The notes under the pieces were generated by a model, which ran no database searches, was not told the DNA's origin, and was given only the letters and a program-made list of their open reading frames with translations. From Euglena gracilis (lineage: Eukaryota): DNA of 64,000 bases. The stretch is from NCBI GenBank assembly GCA_039621445.1, contig CP154954.1, forward strand, positions 27,865,735 through 27,929,734, given 5' to 3'. Position numbers and translations under genes: made by a program. Below, piece by piece: positions 11,501-20,585 of this stretch (position 1 is the stretch's first letter; each line of letters starts with the position of its first letter).

Positions 11501-12150
11501 AACAAAAGCTTGTGAGGTCCACTCGCTTTTGGAGGGTATGATCCATTTTCGTTCAATCAGTTTTTCGATCATTGTATTGAGAGCTTCTTCTCTTTCGCCT
11601 GAACAGCGAAAGAATTTTCGGTGCATGGGCTGTGCACCTTCTTTGAGTTCGATTTTACAGACACCAAAAGGTCCGCGAATTGCAGGATCTATGTCATGGG
11701 CATAGATAGGATGTTCAAGAACATCACTGAATTCGCGATTGATCTTTGTACACAGTTCCTGTGATTTGGGATGTTGACCACCGCTTTCTATCACTGCGGA
11801 TAGTTGGTATGTTTGGTCTTTCTGACCTTTTTCCCGTAGGAATTTGTCATTGTGGTCAACGGTTCCGAATGCATCGAAGAAACAAACACGAAAAATGATT
11901 TCTTTCAATGGTGGTAACATGACACCGCAAAAATCTTCAAACAATGGCGTGTCATTCGGTAAATCCCACCACTGAAAAGTGACATACGTCAATTGTTGGA
12001 ACCATTCCGTTTCGGGATTTATAGGAATGAGCAGCACACCGCGTGCTTGATCCCGAAGGATCTTGTCAACAACAAGAGGGATAAGTTTCAGAGGTGGATG
12101 TAGCCACAAGACCACATCACCCCAAAACTTATCAAACGCATTTTGTATGG
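8597..12150 (-). CDS. pol: Pol: RT, RNase H, integrase, chromodomain
   Basis: [20 protein letters not shown] and YIDD (RT). [12 protein letters not shown] and TDHESL (RNase H). HHCC plus CMDF/SDQD/GRAE (integrase). WIGPCEI (GPY/F). [18 protein letters not shown] (chromodomain). Confidence 0.95.
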
Positions 12151-12275
12151 CTTGACCAGTAATTGGGTAAACGAGAATGTGCCTTGGACGAAAATGCATC
12201 AATCTCCAATTGTAGGTCCATCGACTTCGCGATTCGCGCGATTTTGGAAAACCAAGTTTCCAAAATGCGGTATTG
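11867..12275 (-). CDS. Dam/DIRS-like N6-adenine DNA methyltransferase domain at the N-terminus of Pol (frameshift near 12150)
   Basis: [19 protein letters not shown] (ORF 12132-12956) continues in the pol frame as [48 protein letters not shown]. Confidence 0.72.
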
Positions 12276-13269
12276 TCCAAAATTGAACGCATTCCAAATG
12301 CGGTTCGCGAAAACTGTCGCGGTTTCAGTCCTGTGGAGGGCTGAAACGCAGTTTACCGAGCCACATCGGTAATGCGGTGTGTCCGAAGACACTTCACCAG
12401 GCATTGTACCAAGTGTATCACACGCATCAGGTGTATTGTCAAAAGTGTGATTGTTATTGGCATTCTGCCACTTGTATGCAGGCGTATTGGAGGGATTGGC
12501 ATTCTGCCATTCGGGGTCATAGAGATTGGCTTTCTGCCCTTGTAAGTCCTCCAGCGCGGTTCTCGCGATTCCAAACAGGGACGCGATTCCGCGTTTGTCC
12601 AATTGTCGATGTACTTCAACACACAACGGGTAACAACCCGGTGTGTTGTGTTCTCGTTCAGCGTTCCGGGTAAACTCAGTACCGATTTCGGTACCAAGTG
12701 TACTCTGGTTGTTGAGTAAGGCGATTAGTTTGGAAGGTTCAACAATACATCCACAGTCAAAATCAGGTTGTGTGGAAATTCTCCGGCATTGTGCGCATTG
12801 GAAGGAAGTGTCGGTCTGGTAGTGCATGTCGGTCATGTGTAGTGTGTGCTTGGGGGTGTTGGAAGTTGTAGCTGCTGGGGGGTGTACAGGGGTGTCCGAA
12901 ATCGACACACCTGGTGGAAAACGTAAAAGTTGTGCAGCTGGGCGGCTACTCGACACCGAAATTTCTTCAGGCCTTTGGGCTTTCGCCTTGGAACCCAGTG
13001 AAACGTGGGGGGTTAAGCTACTCGCTTTCCCTACCGCATGGGAAACGTGCGGTAAAAGTGTAGTGGGTAGGGGGGCAGCTTTCTCTTTACCCCTAGGGTA
13101 GGAAACGGTGTTTTCGGTTGTAGAAAACGTTGTGGCAAGGCGGGGACATCTTGGAAGATGTTTTGGGGGGGTAATTGGGTGGCTGGTAGGGTGGTTGGTA
13201 GGTAATTCGGGGTGGTGTGGGTTGTGTGCGTGAGGTTAGTGGGCAAAACGGAGGGGGGGCAACCCACAA

Positions 13270-13409
13270 CTGAGGCGGTTCTGACGCAAGAACGGAAAAC
13301 CCAAATTACGTCAGACGGGGGGGGGGGGGGGGGGGGGGGGGGGTGGGGGGGGGGAAGGTGTTTTTTGTAAAAATATAGTGGCCGGGCTGTGTTTGGTTTT
13401 TGTTTTTTT

Positions 13410-13442
<33 letters not shown>

Positions 13443-14031
13443 TTTTTTTGGGGGGGGTGGGGGGGGGGGGGGGGGTTTTGGGGCTTGACAGTAATTGGGT
13501 AAGTAAACGAGAATGTGCCTTGGACGCAAATGCATCAATCTCCAATTGTAGGTCCATCGACTTCGCGAATTTGCGCGATTTTGGAAAACCAAGGAAGCAT
13601 CCCAAGTCACCACCGCACATGGGGCTGTTGTCAGCAGTCATAATTTTGATGGGGTACTTGGCTTTCACCAAGAGGGAGTTGGGAATTAATCCCGTTCGGA
13701 AGAGAAGGGGAATTCGACACCCTGTGTCGACCAAAATTTTGCACTTGGTGGAAAAATTTTGTGTTCGGATTTCCGCTTGGACCAAAAGTTCCATGGGGGG
13801 TACGCAAAGTGCAGGATCCGGTGTAAAATTGTTGTCTCTCCAACTGTTCCAGGATCCCGTTCCTACTTTGCTCAGCATTCCAGGCAGAAATTTGGAGTGG
13901 GGGGTGGGGGACCCGAAAATTTTCCGGGTACCGACCAAAAAGGCAGATGGGCAGGGAAAGTAAGGTTGATCAAGTCCTACTTCCGGTTGTTCATCAGCCC
14001 AGAGGTCCGTGCCCACAGACCTCGGGCTCCC
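13270..14031 (-). CDS. Aspartic protease region, in frame after the gag UAG, disrupted at ~13306-13590
   Basis: KILVDTGC catalytic motif. C-terminal LGFPFL motif near 13280-13305, beyond a homopolymer-rich patch. Confidence 0.72.
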
Positions 14032-17000
14032 CTACTCCAGATCCGATTCAGCACTTCGGCTGTTTATCGTTTTCTTGTGTGAGTAGATGGCGCGCAATGC
14101 GTGGACCGCATTGCGGTCATCCTCCAACGAGGATTCAGAGTTGTCATCCCCCTCCCTGCCCGAAGCCGGGGTTCCCTCCTCCGGAGAGGAGATTTTGAAC
14201 CCGACTTTGTTATTGTGTTTGTTATTGTGTTTTGTATCATTGTAACGACGTTGGTTCGGGCGGGGAGAGCGAGAACGGTAACATTTGGACGAATGGTGGT
14301 TGTGTGATCCACAAAGGGAACACTTTTGTCGGTTTTGTGACTTTGATGGGCTTTCACCCCTTGGAGTTCTTGGTGAACGGAATCCCGTTCGACCACGGTT
14401 CTTGTTGTAGTCCGGTTTCCCGGAGGACGATCGCGAAGAAGATGATCCACTTCGCGAACGTGATCGCAAAGAGTCGCGATTTGTATCACGCTTGTAAGGG
14501 GGTCGGGGTGATCGACCACGAGGTACGCGATCACGTCTGCGGTCGCGGAACGGTGAGCGGGACCGTTGTCGATAACCCGAGGATTGTGATTGTCCAGATT
14601 TGTGTGAAAACCCAGAGGAGCGTGAGCTCCGCGAGGATTGTGAACCCCTTGGGCTCTGATTCCGCTTTCGCGTATCAGGATGGGGGCAGTCTCGGGACAT
14701 ATGCCCCGATTTGTTGCACAAAAAGCAAGTTTTGTCCGAAGATTGGTCAGATGAGCGCGGATAGCGCGTTTTTGTATCACCCTTTGGAGAGGTTGTGTGT
14801 TTTCCATATCCCCGTGGGGATTTTGGAGAAGGAGTCTTTTGTAGGGCACTTACCGTACCGCTAGGGAGACCAGCGGTAGGGTGGTGGGTATAAGCCGATT
14901 GTATCTGTCCCAAAAGTTGTGAGAGTTTCATTTGTTTGGAAACATAGTTCCACCGTTGTTCAAGTGTGAGTTTGTTGTCCGCGAGTTCCTCGCGGTGAAT
15001 GTCTTTGATAATTGTAGGAATGAAATGGACGAGAACCGCATCGAATTGTTCTTTCATTTGGTTCTCTCCCAGTTCATCAACCTCAGAAGCCAATCCCAAC
15101 CATTTGGAATACCAAAGGTCGATTGACTTCCATTTTCTGTCACTGGGCGCGAATTGCCGCCATTTTTTCTCAAGCGTAATTCGCGAAATTAGGCTTGAAC
15201 AAGTTGACGCATATTGGTCAACCAGTTCATCAAAAGTTATCCGATTCCGGATCACAAGTTGTCGGGCGCGTTCTTTTTCTTCCTTGGGGAGGCAATCAAT
15301 GAATTCCATCTTGATTACCTCAGGGTTCCCGTCTTGGGTTGGACCCTTCAAGTCCCAGTAGTATGTCCAATCGCGCCAAAATTGTTTCCAGGTTGTGGGA
15401 TCTCCGTCCCATTGTGGCTTTACCTTGTTAGCAATTGTAATTGTACCTTTGAAATCCTTTTGTGGACCACGATTTCCATCGTAATTGTTGGAGTAAGGTT
15501 GTTGTGGTGGCATGCGCGAATGCGCATCCAGGATGGTACTCATGGTACCATAGGTACCATGGGGGTTAGGTACATCGCGGTTCCGCGAATTGTATGGATG
15601 TGTGTCGCGATTCCGCGATTCGGATTGTAGGGGGTCGCGATTCCGCGATTCGGGGTGTGGTAACATACTAGGGGGGTAGGAATCCCGTTGTTCACCCGGG
15701 AATCGGGGAACCGCGGTAAATTCCGTGTTTCGCATTCGCGATTCGTGGCCAATACCCGGGGTAGGGGTATGGCTCATACCGCGAATCAGTCCCGATTCGC
15801 GAATTTCTTGTTGTAAAACAAGAGGATTGGCGGTTTTTGCGGGAAAAACCGGTTCCTCATCCGAAGATTCACCCTTGTGCGGGGGAATCTTGATTTGTGG
15901 TATAAACGGGCGATTGTAATCGTGATTGTAGGCATGTGCATGATCATGTGCATCCGTGGATGCTTGTAGGGCATGCGCATCCGAAGATGCTTGTATGGGT
16001 GCGCATACTGCGCTTTTGGAAGTATTGGCATCCAACACATCGCGAATTTGATGCACAAAGTCGCGAGTTGGATGTCGGGCATCCGAAGATGCTTCGGTTG
16101 GTGCGTGAAAAGCGCGTTGTGAGCTGGAAGTTGCAATTTGACCACCGAAAACGGTGTTTTCAAGGCCAAAGTGCGGGGGGTTGCGGGGTTTTGCATGAAT
16201 CTCATCCAGACTCAATGCAAAATCTTGTATGCTTTGTTCCAATGAACCAACCACTTGGAAAAGGTCCGAAATTCGTTCAACATCACACTGCAAACGCTTA
16301 ATACGTTTGCGGTATGAGGGTAGTTCATCCAAAAGTGGTAATTTGTCAGCAATGGATTCAAAATCCGCGGAAAGTTTTGGAAAAGTGGTGTCCAAAAATT
16401 GGACCAGCTTAACCAAAGTTTCCATTGCGGTTGTAAGTGCGTTTAACCGATTCTCGGTTTGTGGGGTTGTGGTACCCAACGTGGGTTGGGGTACCCTTAC
16501 CGCATTTTCAGCGGTTTTATCAACAATCATTGTAGAAAGTCGGTTCTCCAACACCGAAGCTTGTTGTTTTAGTGTGAGATCTTGTTGAGTGACCGAATTT
16601 TCGGTCCTCATCAAGGTTTCACAAAATTCTTGTAAGTTTTCTTGATTTTTCGCAAGCATTTGGTCATAAAATGTGCGAAAATCAACGGGTAGTTCGACTT
16701 CGCGAACCGTTTGTCCATCCGAAGATGGTTGGAGTCCGGAGACCCTTGTAGAAAGTTCTTGTACGCGTTTTTGTGAGCAGGAAGTGGTGGATTGTAAGGT
16801 TTTGTGTTGGGTATTCAAATCCGCAAGCGCGGTTTCGATGCCGGTGATATCCGGAATTGGTGTTTGAATACCGTTGCACCGTTTGTGCAAATCCGCAAAT
16901 GCAGATTCGATTTTGTTCACATCAGATTGTAATTGATTGTGCAAATCGGTAATAGTGGTTCGTAGTGCTCCCATACTGGGATTTTTTGTGGAAGTTTCCG

Positions 17001-18327
17001 CAAAGCGGCGTTGTAAGTCCCCAAATGCAGTTTGTAGTCCCGAAACATGCGCAAAAGCGGTTTTCAGGTCTGCAAACGCAATTTGGAGGTCCGCATTCGC
17101 GGTTTGTATGGTAGTTATGACCGTTTCGCGGTCTTGCAGTTCCGCATTCGCGGTTTGTAGGCTAAGGATCACCGCATCGCGGGATTGGAGTTCCACCGTA
17201 GCGGATTGTAGCGCATTGGAAGCAGTTTCGAGTTTTTGTATGTCATTTTGCCACTTTTCATGGAGGAAATCTTGCCGATACGCGATTTCCGCCATTTGAG
17301 TGTGCAAGGTGGTCAAATTGTTGGAAACTTCACCGCATTTGCAGGAAGTTTGTTCCAAACGAGCAATCCGCTCTTCCAGTTGTTGAGCAAAAGCTCTTTG
17401 TACATAGTTTTCGCGTATTTGTGCAAAATTTTGATGAAAACTCGCGTTTTCATCACCCAAACACAAAATGCGTTCTTGGGATTGTTGTACAACATTGGAC
17501 AAGGTTGAGAAGTGCTCATATGAGACATATGAGCCAAGTTCCGCACCCGTAGGCGCTTGATCCCGTTGTTGTATGCGGGACTGCATTTCTTGCATTGTAT
17601 AAGAAAAGTTTTCCATTTGTGTGAACAGTTGTTGTAGATTTTGTTGTAAATGTGAAAATTTTGTAGTATTCCGCGATTCCGCGGTTTGGAAGGTCTCTTG
17701 TACCTGTTGGAAGTTTTGTACCAAGGTGTCGCGCAAAAATGCGTCAAAACCTTGGTGGAGGTTCTGAAGGTCCATTGTAGTGGAGTTGAAATTCTTTTGG
17801 CAAAATTGTCCAAATTCTTGGATGTATTGCCAAAAGAAGTCCAGTTTGCCGAAAACGGCTTTGTGACTGTCTTCATCAAATTGTAGGACTTGGTTCAGTG
17901 TTTTAGCGCAATTTTGGACACATGCTTCGATGTGTCGAAATTGTTGTTGTAATGGGTGGCTCTCTGGTAAATTTGCGACTACGCGCTCAATGGTGTTACT
18001 GGAGAACGAATCCCGGTCTTCCTCGGGGTCATTGTCCATGGGAACAATGACACCGGCAGTGTCCGGGACCACCAACCGCATTTCAGCGGACCAAGGTAGT
18101 TCTGGGATTTCTCCCAATTGTGGAGGGGGGGGCAAGTCCCTAATGGGGCTTACCGGTGGTAGGGCAGGGGGGGGTTGGAAAAAACAAGGTGTTTCCAACC
18201 CGTCCTCGTAAGAGGGGGGCTCTGTTGGCAATTGGGTGCCAAAAGGCACTAATTGCCAACCCCGTTCGGGCATACTGCCCTCTTGTGAGTCATACTCCGC
18301 AGAAGCGGAGGGGGTCCGTAGACCCAT
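14032..18327 (-). CDS. gag: Gag-like polyprotein, 1431 aa (long coiled-coil region, capsid-like region, two CCHC knuckles, RS-rich tail)
   Basis: CFLCNKSGHMSRDC and CSLCGSHNHHSSKC zinc knuckles. First ORF after the PBS and leader. Confidence 0.85.
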   Translation of the reverse strand: MGLRTPSASAEYDSQEGSMPERGWQLVPFGTQLPTEPPSYEDGLETPCFFQPPPALPPVSPIRDLPPPPQLGEIPELPWSAEMRLVVPDTAGVIVPMDNDPEEDRDSFSSNTIERVVANLPESHPLQQQFRHIEACVQNCAKTLNQVLQFDEDSHKAVFGKLDFFWQYIQEFGQFCQKNFNSTTMDLQNLHQGFDAFLRDTLVQNFQQVQETFQTAESRNTTKFSHLQQNLQQLFTQMENFSYTMQEMQSRIQQRDQAPTGAELGSYVSYEHFSTLSNVVQQSQERILCLGDENASFHQNFAQIRENYVQRAFAQQLEERIARLEQTSCKCGEVSNNLTTLHTQMAEIAYRQDFLHEKWQNDIQKLETASNALQSATVELQSRDAVILSLQTANAELQDRETVITTIQTANADLQIAFADLKTAFAHVSGLQTAFGDLQRRFAETSTKNPSMGALRTTITDLHNQLQSDVNKIESAFADLHKRCNGIQTPIPDITGIETALADLNTQHKTLQSTTSCSQKRVQELSTRVSGLQPSSDGQTVREVELPVDFRTFYDQMLAKNQENLQEFCETLMRTENSVTQQDLTLKQQASVLENRLSTMIVDKTAENAVRVPQPTLGTTTPQTENRLNALTTAMETLVKLVQFLDTTFPKLSADFESIADKLPLLDELPSYRKRIKRLQCDVERISDLFQVVGSLEQSIQDFALSLDEIHAKPRNPPHFGLENTVFGGQIATSSSQRAFHAPTEASSDARHPTRDFVHQIRDVLDANTSKSAVCAPIQASSDAHALQASTDAHDHAHAYNHDYNRPFIPQIKIPPHKGESSDEEPVFPAKTANPLVLQQEIRESGLIRGMSHTPTPGIGHESRMRNTEFTAVPRFPGEQRDSYPPSMLPHPESRNRDPLQSESRNRDTHPYNSRNRDVPNPHGTYGTMSTILDAHSRMPPQQPYSNNYDGNRGPQKDFKGTITIANKVKPQWDGDPTTWKQFWRDWTYYWDLKGPTQDGNPEVIKMEFIDCLPKEEKERARQLVIRNRITFDELVDQYASTCSSLISRITLEKKWRQFAPSDRKWKSIDLWYSKWLGLASEVDELGENQMKEQFDAVLVHFIPTIIKDIHREELADNKLTLEQRWNYVSKQMKLSQLLGQIQSAYTHHPTAGLPSGTVSALQKTPSPKSPRGYGKHTTSPKGDTKTRYPRSSDQSSDKTCFLCNKSGHMSRDCPHPDTRKRNQSPRGSQSSRSSRSSGFSHKSGQSQSSGYRQRSRSPFRDRRRDRVPRGRSPRPPYKRDTNRDSLRSRSRSGSSSSRSSSGKPDYNKNRGRTGFRSPRTPRGESPSKSQNRQKCSLCGSHNHHSSKCYRSRSPRPNQRRYNDTKHNNKHNNKVGFKISSPEEGTPASGREGDDNSESSLEDDRNAVHALRAIYSHKKTINSRSAESDLE

Positions 18328-18995
18328 TGTAGGATGGTGTTTTACCGCAAATGCGGTTGTTGTAAAGTTTGGTCCGCAAATGCGGGTTGGGTCCGTAGAC
18401 CCTTGGAGGGGGGGGGTACCGCCGAAGCGGCTTGGGTCCGAAGACCCTTGGAGGGGGGGGGGGTACCGCCGTAGCGGCTTGTAGGGGGGGGCACCGCCAA
18501 TGCGGTTCGGGTTCGAAAACCCAGTTGTGGGGGGGGTGCCACCGAAGCGGCTTGGGCATCCTCCCCTTGTATAGAAAAATTTTCCACCGCAGAAGCGGCA
18601 TGGGCATTCGCCCCTTGTGAAGGAAAATTTTCTGCCGCAAAAGCGGTTTGGGCCTCCGCCCCTTGTGAAGAAAAATTTTCTGTCGCCGTAGCGACTTCGT
18701 CTGCATTGTATATTCCTCGAAGCGAACCTATTAACAAAACGTAGTTAATAGGTGCGTTTCCATTGTTTGTATTTGCGCTTTGCATATTTGATGAAAAGTT
18801 GGGAAAATTTTTGTGAAAATTGGGAAAATTGTAAAAATTGTAAAAATTTGTGTAAAAATCCCCAAAAAGATAAGCAAAGGTGGGGGCTCAGAGACTTTGT
18901 GATGCAGCCGTAGCCACTTGTGCCCCTGAGACACCTCGCCCGTGCTTAGGCGCCTTTTCTGAGTTTTTGTGTGGTCGTACGACCGTTAAACCTAA

Positions 18996-19005
18996 TCTGC
19001 TACCA
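18996..19005 (-). promoter_or_regulatory. Primer-binding site, tRNA-iMet type (TGGTAGCAGA)
   Basis: Starts 2 nt inside the 5' LTR boundary, begins with TGG, and resembles initiator-Met PBS sequences. Confidence 0.75.
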
Positions 19006-19007
19006 AG

Positions 19008-19436
19008 TGTACGTCCCACCCCGGCTTTTCTACTTAAGGTTTTCCCCTGAAAAGGCCGTGGGGGGAGTAACAATAAAATTTGCTTCCCTTTTCCCCTTTT
19101 GAATGCAAAGCACACAAGCAGAAGAATTGGTGGGACCGCAGTCCCTTATATGATTGTGACTTTTGCTCTTTCGAGCTTTGTAAAAGAAAGAAAGAAAACT
19201 TCTATTCAAATGGGACTTCGCCCTCAGAATTCTAAAACAGAATTGCAAAGCACCAAACCCTGTAACCTTGAATTAGGAACCAGTTACTTTCGCTAAGCTT
19301 TCGCTAGCTCCGAGCTTCTCTCTTTGTCTTATGGTTTTAACCATGCCACTGTGTACGGCCCGGCCGTAGCCAGGTTGTAGGCCGTAGCCCCTTGTATCTG
19401 GTACACAGTGCCATGGCAGTATGGCTGCCTGGTACA
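19008..19436 (-). repeat. 5' LTR
   Basis: Direct repeat of 1529-1957 with about 7 substitutions counted by eye (~98% identity). TGTA...TACA termini. Confidence 0.93.
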
Positions 19437-20560
19437 CCCCCCCCCTCTTGCAGGGGGGGCTGATATTGGGGGGTGGTGCTGAGATTTTTTGGAGTTGCAT
19501 TGGGCTGGGGTTGATGATCCTCCTCTTTTGGGTTGGGGGGGGGTTGTTTTGCCAACTCATTTTGATTTGGAGTTGCCTTGGGATGAAATTCTTGATCCAT
19601 TTGTTTTACTGGGTGAACATATTGTGTTGAGTTGTCCCCTCTTTGGGGGGGACTTTGTGAGACAAAAGGGTAAGCTGCAGGCAGAAAAGCAAAGGCTGAT
19701 GGTGATGCCAGTACCACATCTGGGATTAAGGGTGCTGGCAGGCCAGGGTTGTGTAATGGTGTTGGGAGGAGGGGCACTTGAGTACTCTGGCTGTGCTGAG
19801 AAAGGCTCTGAGGGTTCTGAAGAGTTCAGCCTCTCTCCTTCTCTGCTCTTCTTCTCTGGTCCAATTCTTCCTCTGGTCATCTTCTCTGCTCCAGTTTGAT
19901 TGCAGTGGTTGCTGAGATTGCTGGTGTTCACCCCAAAGGTTGGTCTGTGATGGAATGTACATTTGTATGATTGATGTGACAGATGGACATACTTGACTTC
20001 TACCCACCGGTGGGCATTGGAATGGGCTGTTCATTGGAATGCCCACTGATGGGCCTGACTGTTGAATGCCCACTGCTGGGCTTGCTGTACAGGGGGGCCC
20101 CAGACTCACTTGCTGATGGAGCTGGGGCTGAGGAGAACTCTGTTGAGATATATGATAACTGGGTCAACCTCTCTGCCATGGGGGCTTGTAATCTGTTCCA
20201 AACCTTCTCTGTAGGTACTCTTCGTGCTCTTCCCTCTCTTGCCACGTCCTCTTCCTTCTCTGTGAGCTGCTGTCTTGACTTTCTCTGTCACTATGTACAG
20301 GGCGGTCAGCAGTGAGTCGTTGTGCCACAGCAGTGGTTAGCACAGGCACCAACAGCGGCAACAACATCTTGGCCAGCAGCTCCAACTGTCCAGTGTCCAC
20401 TGCAGAAGTAGGTGTACTTGAAGGGTTGGTTGTGGTAGCAGCTTGATTGACAAGGGGTGTATTGTCTTGAGTCTTGGGGTCTTCTGGAGGGCCATCCGGC
20501 CCCTTTGCAGCCATGGTGGTTATGCAGACGAAAAAACTTCTTTTTTTTTATTTATGCAGA
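19437..20560 (-). pseudogene. Unit D 5' part (SL-headed, ATG at 20514), interrupted by the LTR element
   Basis: Full SL at 20561-20585, then ccaccATGG and a broken low-complexity ORF. Apparently continues at 1528. Confidence 0.55.
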
Positions 20561-20585
20561 CGAAAAAAAATAGACACTAAGAAAG
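20561..20585 (-). other. Euglenid spliced-leader exon copy
   Basis: CTTTCTTAGTGTCTATTTTTTTTCG, one mismatch to the SL. Confidence 0.88.

Larger units (their letters stand above)
1529..19436 (-). mobile_element. Giant Ty3/gypsy (chromovirus-like) LTR retrotransposon, 17.9 kb
   Basis: Two 429-bp LTRs with TG..CA ends, a PBS and a PPT. Domain order gag-PR-RT-RNaseH-IN-chromodomain, plus extra domains. Confidence 0.93.

Noticed and set aside
12140-12160. Programmed frameshift within the MT domain
   Set aside because: No convincing slippery heptamer, and the shift splits a domain. An indel mutation or sequencing error is more likely.
13306-13590. Second copy of the MT segment and poly-Pro/G-run sequence inside the protease
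   Set aside because: It is embedded in long G/T homopolymers and interrupts the protease fold. It is probably a consensus or assembly artefact or a local rearrangement; raw reads are needed.
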